Shown here: in pieces, positions 53,546 to 64,000 of the stretch
Position numbering within the stretch: position 1 is the stretch's first letter
Layout: every line of letters starts with the position of its first letter
NCBI GenBank assembly: GCA_964270895.1
Contig: OZ185438.1
Length of the DNA stretch: 64,000 nt
Reading direction: 5' to 3' (one strand)
Origin: Podarcis filfolensis
Taxonomy: Eukaryota
Notes under the pieces: model-generated
The model's input: the letters and a program-made list of their open reading frames with translations, nothing else
What the model was told of the DNA's origin: nothing
Database searches by the model: none
Translations under genes and position numbers: made by a program

Positions 53546-53671
53546 CACACCCTCCAATATTTCTGCAATAAAAATAGGAAGTGGGGGGGCATTCTGGGAT
53601 CAAATCAGAAACTGGGATGGCTTCTCTAAATCAGGGACATCCCTGGAAAATTGGGACACTTGGAGGGTCAG
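53546..53671. mobile_element. Short MITE with CCCTCCAA/TTGGAGGG termini; partial second copy begins ~52551
   Basis: caccctccaatatttctgc...gggacacttggagggtc; cataccctccaacatttctccaatgaaaataggg at ~52550. Confidence 0.6.
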
Positions 53672-54319
53672 CTAAAATGGGTGTGCTGCTGACTGCTGAA
53701 GCATGGCAATAAGGGTAATGGCAGCAAGCCACTTTCAATAGATTCAGTGGTTGCTGGGAAATTTGGTACAGATTCTGCTAAATATCTGTCTCAAAAAGCC
53801 CCAAATTGCTGTGTGAAATATGAACACAATGAACTCATTTTGACCCCTCTCTCACCTCTTGACCATATAAGCATAGCCATATAAGTGAGGTATAATGCCA
53901 GGGTAATTGGCACCGTAAATGAGCTGCAGATGAAGCTGAGAGATAGGCTCTGTCCAGGGCACCATATAGCTACCATATATCTACTTATGTCCAGAAACTG
54001 CAAACCTGAGGTGTGTTGCAAGTGCATAGCAAGTAATAAATTGTTCGAGCTGAGAGTAGCTTTTGCTTTTTATAAAAGAGAAACATCTTTCTGTCCCAAT
54101 AATTCTGTATCAAGTGACTGATGTAATTGGGCTGATTTCAGGTAGCCTGCAAAAACTGCTAAGTGGTGTTAACGGCCTCATACACTTGATTAGTGAAGGC
54201 AAATTTTAATCAGTGGAACTGAAAATTGAGGTCACACTTTTTATTTTTGAGACTATTTTGGTCTTCCTGTGCTATTGCAAAAGGGAATGAAAAAGTACTA
54301 AACTTTCCTAACTATGTGT

Positions 54320-54676
54320 AAAGGTAAAGGTAAAGGGACCCCTGACCATTAGGTCCAGTCGTGGCCGACTCTGGGCTTGCGGCGCTCATCTCGCTTTATT
54401 GGCCGAGGGAGCCGGCATACAGCTTCTGGGTCATGTGACCAGCATGACTAAGCTGCTTCTGATGAACCAGAGCAACACATGGAAACACCGTTTACCTTCC
54501 CACCAGAGCAGTACCTATTTATCTACTTGCACTTTGACGTGCTTTCAAACTGCTAGGTTGGCAGGAGCAGGGACCGAGCAACGGGAGCTCACCCCGTTGC
54601 GGGGATTTGAACCGCCGACCTTCTGATCGGCAAGTCCTAGGCTCTGTGGTTTAACCCACAGCGCCACCCATTTCCC
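54320..54676 (-). mobile_element. Sauria SINE (Squam1), different subfamily from 50818
   Basis: ggtaaaggtaaagggacccctgaccattagg...gcgccaccc. TSD core taactat at 54309-54315 and 54677-54683. Confidence 0.92.
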
Positions 54677-54798
54677 TAACTATTTTTGTAATATTAATTT
54701 ATTAAATTGCATGTTTTCTCACTCTTCCTTCAGTATCTCAGAAAGACACCTATTTGCTTTTTGGGTATGCACATTTATTTACATCTGCAATGAAGGAA

Positions 54799-54940
54799 GG
54801 CAGGATAGCTCAGTCGGTAAAAGCATGAGACTCTTAATCTCAGGGCTGTGGGTTCAAACCCCACATCAGCCAAAAAAATCCTGCATTGTAGGGGGTTGAA
54901 CTAAATGACCCTCGTGGTCCCTTCCAACTCTACAATTCTG
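54799..54940 (+). mobile_element. tRNA-Lys(CTT)-derived SINE with CR1-type 3' tail
   Basis: Head tagctcagtcggtaaaagcatgagactCTTaatctcagggctgtgggttcaaacccca is tRNA-Lys-like. Tail ggggttgaactaaatgaccctcgtggtcccttccaactctacaattctg is a CR1 3' terminus. Confidence 0.85.
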
Positions 54941-55196
54941 TTGAGTGTTTGGGTTGTAGCCAGTAAACCAAAAATATCAACAAAAAATGAGTAAGCAATT
55001 ATAAATTATTTAATTGGTAGAAAGACTTAATTTGTCCTTTGTGAACAAACTTACAATAAAGACCAAAACTTTTTATGGAGGGGGGGGGGCTTGGTGGCCT
55101 AAATCAATCTGACTTGTAAAATTTATGTAGCCTAAGAGCAGTAGCACATATTGTGAGGCAAATAAATAATGGGTGGTGGCATCTGCAGGACAGAAT

Positions 55197-55285
55197 TTCA
55201 ATCCTACACACATGCTTACCTGGGGGTAAGCTCCATTTAAAACACTAAGACTTGCTTTTGAGTAGAAATGTATAGAATTGCACTG
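55197..55285. mobile_element. Representative of a short old palindromic repeat (caatcctat...gtaag...ataggattgca); other degraded copies at ~12060, 23215, 61440
   Basis: Inverted ends caatcctac / tatagaattg and recurring similar segments. Confidence 0.5.
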
Positions 55286-55323
55286 AATGGTCGCTGAATC
55301 CTGCCTAGCTGACTGACTGTACC

Positions 55324-55717
55324 CAGGGCCGGATTTAGGTTTGACGAGGCCCTAACCTACTGAAGGTAATGGGGCCCTTTATATGGCCAGCTGTCCTATG
55401 TTAACAACAAATTGTCGCTGTTTTTTGTGTTGAATATATGCTATATGGTAATTTATGAACCTAATAGGTATTTAAAGCCATTTGCACATAACAAAATATG
55501 TATTTTATCAAAGTAATTGCTGAACTGAAATACAATTAAGAAGAAGTATATTAATAATGAAATACAACAAAACACTGTTGCTATATGTAGGTTTTATTTT
55601 AAATTTTTTATATTATATTTTGGAAATGTACAGTCTTTTTTTTTCCTTTAAATTTTTTTTGGGGGCCCAAGAGAACGGGGCCCTAAACTATAACTTGTTT
55701 AGCTTATATGTACCCTG
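55324..55717. mobile_element. hAT non-autonomous element, 394 bp
   Basis: Left TIR CAGGGCCGGATTTA; right end TA-CCCTG lacks AATCCGG. Perfect 8-bp TSD actgtacc (55316-55323, 55718-55725). Confidence 0.85.
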
Positions 55718-56581
55718 ACTGTACCCTGCAAATGCCCTCCAGCTGGAAATCCCTTGGGGGCATTTGCTGCAAAAAGAACAGTCAGCATGCAAAGGGTAAA
55801 CGCTCCCAAATATTGATTACCCCAACCCCTTGACCTCATGCTCACAATATCTCAGTAAGCAGATTGGGGGACCATACATTTGGCAAGTAATCCATGGCTG
55901 TGTCCTAGCTTTCTTTGGGATTGCAACCAAAATCTGCACACCAGCTGAGCTCTGAGAGTTCATTTCATTTTATAGCATTAAAGATACACTAGATTTTCCA
56001 GAGTAGGTTACAAACAAAAATCATTTTTCTGCCCTATATGGTTTGTACGCTATTGCTTTCTTCCATTGTTCTATCCTGAGTCCCTCCCTTTTCCTGCCCC
56101 CTTCTTTTGCTCTGTCGCTGTGTTATAAGATATGCCTCAAGGGACAAGTTTCTAATAACACCCCCCTCTTGTTCTCCAAGCATTTATATCAATTGCAACA
56201 GCAATTTTCAAATAATAAAAAAGTAAATTCACAGGACTGAACTTTATCTGAAGGGAACTCTGACTGTGGTAGAATTATTGCAAACTCTTATCACCTCCAG
56301 GAAATGTCTTTCGTTCCTAACTATCATCTCCTCATAAGTCATAAACATGCATTGTCGTAAACACTACAATGTTTTAGAACTCCAGACAAGTCATGAAAAG
56401 TAAGTGTCTCGCCTTACTGTTTTTATGTCAAAGCATAATTCCATCTACACCTAAACTGCTGATAACTGCAGAGAGCCTCTAGCAAATCACATAGATCAGC
56501 TCGGCCTGTTAAGATATGCTGCGGCTAATGTAGAGAGTGAAGAGATCAGTATGGTTTTGTGAGTCAGGCTCCTGTCCTAAC

Positions 56582-56768
56582 TAGAGATGGGGAGAAGTTC
56601 AACATTTCAGTTCACATTTCAAGGTGAATCTGTCAAATTTGCTCTTTTCAAAACAACATGAGAACTTCATCACAGCCATCTTCCGAAATACACCCTTATC
56701 CAAATTTTCCAATGTAGTTCTCCAACCAAGCAATGCGCACAAAATGGCATATATTAGGGAAAATATTT
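56582..56768 (+). mobile_element. Old AT-rich MITE (TAGGGATGG-terminus family), 5' half
   Basis: tagagatggggagaagttc...cacagccatcttccgaaat...ttctccaaccaagcaatg. Confidence 0.65.
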
Positions 56769-57511
56769 ATTGAGAAGTGGGTCCATTTGTTGTTGTTTGT
56801 TTGTTTTTTAATTTGAAGGCCTAGAACTCTGTGTAACTAATTAAGGTATTTGGTGCAATTTAAGAATCTTGTGGGAAATGTTGACCTCTCTTTTTGTTGA
56901 TTTGTGAGAATGTAACGTTTGTCGTTCCTTTCATGGAAAGCTGTAAAGATGTAGTTGTTTGAAAGCATAATATTGTTTCCAATCCACTCTAATTTCTGAG
57001 CAGTGAGAGACTCAAGGGGTTCAGGCATTTACTCAGGGTTTGGCTTCCTTGGAATGAAGGTCAGCAGAGACTGTGGTGTTGTTAGGCTATATGGTTTTAT
57101 TTACACAACGTGAAAAAGATATTGTTTCTCCATTAGTCACAACTTTGGACCCAGTACAGATCAAAAACATGTCTCTCTGTCTGCAGCTTCAAGCATTCAG
57201 CTTTTCAACTCACACATACCCTCCACACCTCTGGCTATTGTTCTCCCACATAGCAGCTAGGTAAGGGGAAGCACCATTTATTTGTTATGTGACAACTTCT
57301 TTGGTTAGGCTTAAGCATGGTACTTAGCTATCCAGCCAAAACCATTAACTTGACAAAGGAACTGGTATGACAAGCTTGCTCTCCAACGTCCTCCCCCCAC
57401 AGATACAGGATCCCAAGAATTGGAATGGACCCAGAGTACGATTCAGATGGACACACCCACCCATGCTCATAACAGTATGTAGGTTTATTTAAGGCTATGC
57501 ATTCTTATCAC

Positions 57512-57647
57512 CAGGGCGTTTTTTCAGGCAGAACTCACCAGAACTCAGTTCCGGCACCTCTCAGGCAGGCTCCGTTGCCATTCTAAGAATACGAGGGAGG
57601 TGTTTATGGTAAGTTCTGGCACCTCTTTTTCTAGAAAAATAGCACTG
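57512..57647. mobile_element. hAT MITE, inverted homologue of 8955-9089
   Basis: CAGGGCGTTTTTT ... AAAAATAGCACTG; flanks cttatcac/cttataat (6/8). Confidence 0.8.
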
Positions 57648-59619
57648 CTTATAATGTCTGTGTATTCTTGTAAAATATTCTCCTTCCTGCACCTGAGTCT
57701 GTCAGGTGTTGGAACAGGGAGAGGGGTAGCATAGGCAGAGGTCTGAGGTACACCCCTTCACAAATGCATCTTATAATTTGAGATTGCAGCTGGCAATAAT
57801 TTCTTGACCTTCCTCTTATCACTGTTTTCCTTCCCTTGCTTCTGTAGAGAAAAGCTCTGAAAACTCCCCTGCCTCCCAGTCGTGCATCTCAAACTGTTAG
57901 TCCAACACATTAAACCAGCTAGGACTTTATTTTGACCAGCAGAAACACGAGGGCAAAGGTGTGTGACTCCAAATGGTTTGCTTCTGACCCTAATTTTTCA
58001 CCTTCTTTTTGGCTAATCGCAGTTTTAATTATCTACAAATTTGTACTTACTCAAAGGCTAACATTCAATTTATCTATGGAAATGCAAGGCACCCCATGTA
58101 AAAAAGAGATTTGTCAAACCTTAATGAGATCATTATTATTCATGCTAAATGTAGTTGGAAATGCATTAATAGCAAAACGTTTCTCTCCATTTCCAGAATG
58201 CCAGGGGACAGAGGTGACAAAAATATCTGAGTGTGGGTAATAGCTTTGTCATTTATGCCGGAGCTTTTCATACAAAACAAAAAGGAAACAACTTTTCACT
58301 ACCTTTTGGGGTGCAGGGGAGGCGGGGAGAGAATCTGGATGCACCGGAGCAAGTTACAAATCATTAAAAAGCCCTACACTCTATATGTAATGCTAAATGC
58401 AAGTGTTTAATGTGCACAATTTTAATTCCTTAAATGACAGCTACAGGAAGGAGCATAATCTAGACCACAGCATGTGAGGAAAAGGGTTTTTTAAACCCTT
58501 TCCCCCTGAGCTGCATTCCCTCCAACCAACCCCCCTCCTCAGAAGCAGCTAGACAACCCAGGATTATATTTATAGTAAATTGTGATTATCACCGGCACAA
58601 AGGCTCTAAAAGCATTTCGCATTATCACTTCCTCTAAAAGCAAACTCAGGCAGTGAGCGCTGACAGAAACAAAATGGGAGCATTGAGAAACACAACGGAG
58701 GTGTCAGCATGTTCAGGAGAAACCTGAGATTTGCTTGCTTAGAAAGAAAAAAATGTTTTAAGAAAATAAGGAAAGGTGAATGCCCAGTGAGGACTGCACA
58801 TTCTGAAAGCCATTGAATTTGAGTGGGGCAGGTCATGGGAGTTGAATGCCCTGCTCAGAGCAAATAACTGGGTGGAACTCTGAAGAGGATCACTCTGTTA
58901 AAAAGGGAAGATATAGGCCAATGTTTTGTTGCTCATCCCATTTGCAGATCAAAGGTGGCAGTTTACAAGGTTGATGGTTGTTTGTATGATATTGCAACAT
59001 CCCGGCGTCACACACGTAGCATCCCAACGTTATGTGCATGATGTCAGGACGTTGGGAGGAGCTGGGGCAGGGCGGCGGCATGGCTGGTGGCTCCTGCTCC
59101 ACCTCCTCCTGGTGTCACCACCAGTGGGGGGCTGCTTTGACCTGCCTTCCCTTCTGTGGCAGGAGGAGGAGGAGAAGTAGCTGGCCGCTGGAGCCGCACT
59201 CCGACCGGCTCCCTGCTTCAGCTCCATGCTTTTGGAACATTGGGAGAGCAGCCCCAACCCATAAAATATAGGGGTGGCCCCTCCTGCAGCTAGTTATCAA
59301 CTCATTAGGTGGCCTTAACCAAGTCTCTGAACTTCAGCTACACTCTATAACTTGGGGGTAGTTGTTGTAGGGATTACTGAGAGTGTATCTGAATCACTTT
59401 CAACATACAGAAGCAATATGCTACTGAACAGCAGAATCTGCATGAGAACAGTGTGGCAGAGCTGCTGCCTTCATGTCTTCTTGGGGGGCTTCCAGGAAGC
59501 TTCTGTGAAACAGCTTTCAAGACTAGATGGCCTAATCTGTCAGGGTTCTTTTTATGTTCTCAGCTACTACATAGATGCTAAATCAATGTGATAATTATGA
59601 AAAAAAAGACTAATGGTTT

Positions 59620-59878
59620 TAGGCTAAACAAAATAAAAAAATTTCCTTAGAGAACAACTAAGTTTGTTATTGGTATGGGCTTTCGTGTGCATGCACACTT
59701 CTTCAGATACACTGAAACAGAAGTCACCAGACCCATATATATATATAGTGAGAGGGTGGGGAGGGGTATTACTCAGAAGGGTGGTGGGAATGGGTGATTG
59801 GCTTATAGGTGTGGTAAACCCGTTGACGGCTGTTAACGACGGCAATTGGTCTTACAGGAAAAAGCAAGGGGTGAGATG
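59620..59878 (-). mobile_element. Penelope-like retroelement (PLE) pseudo-LTR / 3' terminal fragment
   Basis: Minus strand ...gtatctgaagaagtgtgcatgcacacgaaagcccataccaataacaaacttagttgttctctaagg resembles the reptile PLE terminus as I recall it (ctgaNgaa...cacgaaagct..., ttagt..ctctaagg) and carries the hammerhead core typical of PLE pLTRs. Confidence 0.75.
59673..59710 (-). ncRNA. Minimal type I hammerhead ribozyme motif (PLE-associated), probably inactivated in this copy
   Basis: 5'-GUAU CUGAAGA A GUGUGCAUGCACAC GAAA GC C C AUAC-3'. Contains the conserved CUGANGA and GAAA, a perfect 14-nt palindromic stem II and a 4-bp stem I (GUAU/AUAC). Position 16.1 is C instead of U. Confidence 0.75.
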
Positions 59879-60154
59879 GTCTTAGGCTGCAACCCTATAC
59901 ATGCTTGCTTGGTTCAGTCACCACTCTGATTGCTTGGGTTGGCCTGGAATTGTCCCAGGTCAGACTGGAGCCATTCCCTAGCACCAGATTGGACTCTGAA
60001 TCACAGGGGGGCAAGCACAGCCCTGGTTCTCACCTCTGGGTAGACATGCATAGGAATGCATTGTTAGCTATTATTAATAAATCATGATCCATAGCAACTT
60101 ACGTATTGGATCACATTTCAAAATGCCCCACAACATGGAAATGTGGCATGTCAT

Positions 60155-60602
60155 NNNNNNNNNNNNNNNNNNNNNNNNNNNNNNNNNNNNNNNNNNNNNN
60201 NNNNNNNNNNNNNNNNNNNNNNNNNNNNNNNNNNNNNNNNNNNNNNNNNNNNNNNNNNNNNNNNNNNNNNNNNNNNNNNNNNNNNNNNNNNNNNNNNNNN
60301 NNNNNNNNNNNNNNNNNNNNNNNNNNNNNNNNNNNNNNNNNNNNNNNNNNNNNNNNNNNNNNNNNNNNNNNNNNNNNNNNNNNNNNNNNNNNNNNNNNNN
60401 NNNNNNNNNNNNNNNNNNNNNNNNNNNNNNNNNNNNNNNNNNNNNNNNNNNNNNNNNNNNNNNNNNNNNNNNNNNNNNNNNNNNNNNNNNNNNNNNNNNN
60501 NNNNNNNNNNNNNNNNNNNNNNNNNNNNNNNNNNNNNNNNNNNNNNNNNNNNNNNNNNNNNNNNNNNNNNNNNNNNNNNNNNNNNNNNNNNNNNNNNNNN
60601 NN
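60155..60602. other. Assembly gap (448 N)
   Basis: Direct read. Confidence 1.
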
Positions 60603-62751
60603 ACTTTTTCCCTTTTAAACCATTTTCAGCAAATCCTGTGTGTTTAAAACTACCCACAGAAGCATAGCTGTCCAGACATCAATTCCCTGTCAAATCAAGT
60701 GGTGAAAACACCATTATTTGTCTACTGAACACATCTAGAAAAGTTTGCCATTTCTTTGAATGAGTTGCAATGAGTTTTGACAGCATTTTGCAAAGAAAAG
60801 TTGATGGGCCAGCCCTCTGCTTTTGCGGGGAGGGACTGCCACCTGTTGGAAATGAACACAAACTACAAAAACAGCCTGTCTGAACTTTCCGTACGGCAGC
60901 AAGCATTGCTGTATATTCCCTTGAACAGCTACTGCTCGCTGGAGTAGGAAATAATGTGGTACATGGACTAATAGTCTGTAAAGCAGTTTCCTCTGGGATA
61001 AGTGCTGCTCTCAGGGCAATAGAGGGAGTTATGGCCAATGTCGATTTTGTCAAAGGGCAGCTCCACATATTATCGCTGCAGAAAACACAGAATATGTGGA
61101 CACCATACTTGCATGTACATGCATCCTTAAATACCTCTGTATAAACATCTAAGCACCTTGGCCCATTCAGGTTTCTAAACATGCGTACTGAGTTTTAAGG
61201 ATGTGTGTAAATGAAAGTATGAGAACTACGCATTCTGTGTTTACTACAGAAAACATGGCTGTAACACTGGTAATCATAATGTATGGAGTTCTCCTTAAAC
61301 ATCTTTTTTCTGTTTATTTGCACATGAATTTAGATTTTAGAGGGAATGAACACTTGTTTAACAACAAAATCACACATTTCCCCCGTCCCCAAAGATAATG
61401 GACTGTATCTAACCCCCACAGTAGGCACAATTAAATTAACAGATATCAGTTAGCAAAGTCCATTAATTTCAATGAGTCTACTCTGAGTATCAGCAACATT
61501 GGATTCAACCTAAAATCTCTATTGCATAATTAAATTTGAAGGCTTAAGAGCCAAGATATGAATCCGGCAAAATATACTGGACCTCCACTGTTATGTTTAA
61601 TTAAAAGACTTTAATTAGCACACAACATCTGAGAGGAAGGCACTACCATAATAAAACAAATTCTCTTACAAAGTAAAAATACAGAATTAACAGAACTAAA
61701 TGGCACAAAAAGGGGCCAAATTGCCAAGATGGTGTTGATCGCAAAGAATCAGATCCTCAGTTCGGAGGAATGCCTTTCTTCACGCAAATCTTCAGATCTG
61801 TTTTATTGTTCAGTGTGCCTAATAAAGCAGTAGGCTGTCTTCCCACTTACTTCTCATGGCAATTGCTTGAAAGTATAAGCAGAATCATTGGTTTCACCCC
61901 CAAATAGAGTGAAGTGGAGCCTTAAGATTCCGCCCACTTGCTGTGTTCAATTGCCCATCCTTCAAGATGTTACGGACTCCCACCTGCACGTGTGTGAGAA
62001 AGGATTAGTTTTTTTAATCCTGCTGAAGAACAGTTGCTTTGCAAGGATGGTATCTCTCTTACACAGTAGATTTATTCTGAACTACAGGAGCTTTATCAAT
62101 CTATTGCTGTGGGTATATCACCCAAATGCAAACAGTTAATAATATCTAGACAGGATGGCCATGTGCCCTGCTTTCAGGAGAAGGGCTATTCAGTCCTCTA
62201 TCTGAAGTCTTCCTGGTCCAAGTCCCTTTCAGAAGTAGCAACCATAACAAGGGCCTCAAAGTTGCTCATTGATGGACACCAGCAAGATCATCTGATCACG
62301 GTCTTCCCCACTATGTGAGATGAAATATGTTTCTATTTAATTTATAGAGATTATTTCTAAATCTGCATGGAAATTTTATGTGAACCCATGTCCACTTTTC
62401 AGCTCTTTTGGAGCAATTTCTGCTTTTTTGATTATGCTTAAGTGGTTGCCCTACATACAGCAAGTGCCATAGTCATTTATTGTGTGCAATTTCTCCTCTC
62501 CCTACAGCTTCATAGAATCGCTGCATTCACCTGCTATCTGAATTCATTGTAGGAGCAGGTCTCTGGTCAAGTTGCATTGTGTGATTCATATAAAGCAACA
62601 CCAGGCAAGCCTTTCAAAACTCACTTGTTGATTAAGAGTGCAATCCTTTGCTCAAGTTACACCTGTTTTGGAGGACACTATAGAAGGTTCACGATGACTG
62701 TAAAACTTGAGTTAAATCTCCACCACAGGAGAAACACTGCACAGATAGAAC

Positions 62752-62951
62752 CAGTGCTTTTTTTTTCCTTAAAAAATGTTTAGGGTACTCTCATTTTGAC
62801 TCAAGAAAATCACCATTTTATAGTTCAAATCAGGGGAAATAAATACAGTAAATGGACAAAAGTACAAAGATTCACAAATGGACAAAATGGACACAAATGG
62901 ACAAAAGTACAAAGATTTAGGGGTATGCGTACCTCCAGAAAAAAAGGACTG
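62752..62951. mobile_element. hAT MITE with internal tandem duplication (~62850-62917)
   Basis: CAGTGCTTTTTTT ... AAAAAAGGACTG; flanks gatagaac/gatataag (6/8). aaatggacaaaagtacaaagatt is duplicated. Related to 22659-22804. Confidence 0.8.
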
Positions 62952-63586
62952 GATATAAGTGTATGCTGGCATATCATTGCCACTGTTCTTATGCATGGCA
63001 ACAGCACAACGTTGAACCAATAAGAGCAGACATTAAGTAAAGTGTCACCCACTGAAACCCGTGGAGAGTGGGGAGAACACTACAGTGGAGGGGACCTCTG
63101 CCCACCCACATTGCCACAATGGAATCAGAGTAATGGTGCAGTTAAAAGATTTCTTATATACAGTGTTTCATGGGGAAAAGAAAGTACACCCTCTTTGAAT
63201 TCTGTGGTTTTACATATCTCGGCATAATCACTATCATCTGTTCTTTAGCAGGTCTTAAAATTAGGTAAATGCAACCTCAGATCAACAACAACACATGACA
63301 CGTATGGAAGCAATATAAGGGGTCTTGAACCCCTGCATGCAGGGATCTGTTAAAAAAAAGTAAGCAGCATCTTTGTGGAATTGCTTCTGTGCAGTGTGAA
63401 ATGCTAAAACCAATCGTGATTTAATTAGCTCTCTAACTAGAGATGTCGCATCCAAAACACTAAAAACTTACTAACTTGGAATCTTGTTTTTCAGTGTGGT
63501 TCAGGATTCCAGCATTATTTGGTGCTGTTCTGCTGCCATCCAGTGGTCAACGTCTCAATTGCATCAATTTCAGGTAGATAAACTTG

Positions 63587-63777
63587 GGTGACATTCACAC
63601 CACCCGTTTTTAAAGCACATTTATATTATTTTAGAGGTCGTGGCTTCCCACAAAGAATCATGGGGACTGTAGCTTGCCCCACACAGAACTACACATCCCA
63701 GCATCCTTAGCAAACCGTAGTTCCAAAGATTTCTTTGGGGAAGCCATGTGCTTTAAAGTTATGGTACAGATGTGACC
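63587..63777. mobile_element. Palindromic squamate MITE
   Basis: tttaaagcac ... gtgctttaaa and ggcttccc..aaaga / tctttggggaagcc inverted arms; family of 25893-26192. Confidence 0.7.
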
Positions 63778-64000
63778 TTAGTTATAGGTGCCATTGGAAA
63801 AACAACTCGCTGTTATGCTTCCAAGCCATTGTAAAATCAGAGCTCTTAAAGCTAATATGAAGATCTGCTGGTATATTACTCACACAAGAATGCACCCTCC
63901 CATTTTTAATTGTATTGCTCTCAACCAAAGTATTTGTCCGAAGCCCCAGGTGTCTGCCACGATACCATGCTGATAAAATCACAGTAGTGAACGACTCCCT

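Noticed and set aside
54799-54871. Functional tRNA-Lys(CTT) gene
   Set aside because: The acceptor and variable regions are mutated and it is fused to a CR1 tail; it is a SINE head.
60084-60667. Long ORFs spanning X residues
   Set aside because: Artefacts of the N gap.
60679-61182. 167-aa minus ORF, plus a protein-like plus-strand frame (SIAVYSLEQLLLAGVGNNVVHGLIVCKAV...)
   Set aside because: No recognisable domain or convincing splice context, and a third frame is broken by stops. I treat it as chance; tBLASTn/BLASTx would settle it.

Overview
Vertebrate genomic DNA, not prokaryotic. The repeat content (Sauria SINE, Squam3-type SINEs, RTE-BovB, young L2) indicates a squamate reptile, most likely a lacertid lizard (inference). 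The only recognisable host gene is ZPLD1 (zona pellucida-like domain 1, cupulin) on the minus strand. Its ATG/signal-peptide exon is 9900-10013 and its next coding exon is 1071-1291; the remaining coding exons lie left of the window. The ~54 kb to the right is ZPLD1 upstream / 5'UTR-intron gene-desert sequence. It is densely filled with mobile elements: L1, L2, CR1, RTE, BovB, four SINE families, two solo LTRs, Tc1/mariner-type and hAT MITEs, and several nested insertions. There are also microsatellites and a 448-N assembly gap. The most notable non-obvious signal is a Penelope-like retroelement terminal fragment (~59620-59878, minus) carrying a minimal hammerhead-ribozyme motif directly behind a CCAAT/TATA/Inr-like core promoter. 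That is a known class of system rather than a new one, and this copy appears to carry a core mutation. I found no CRISPR array, rRNA or bona fide tRNA gene. Repeat family names come from my recall of consensus features, not from a database search. Boundaries of old repeats are approximate.
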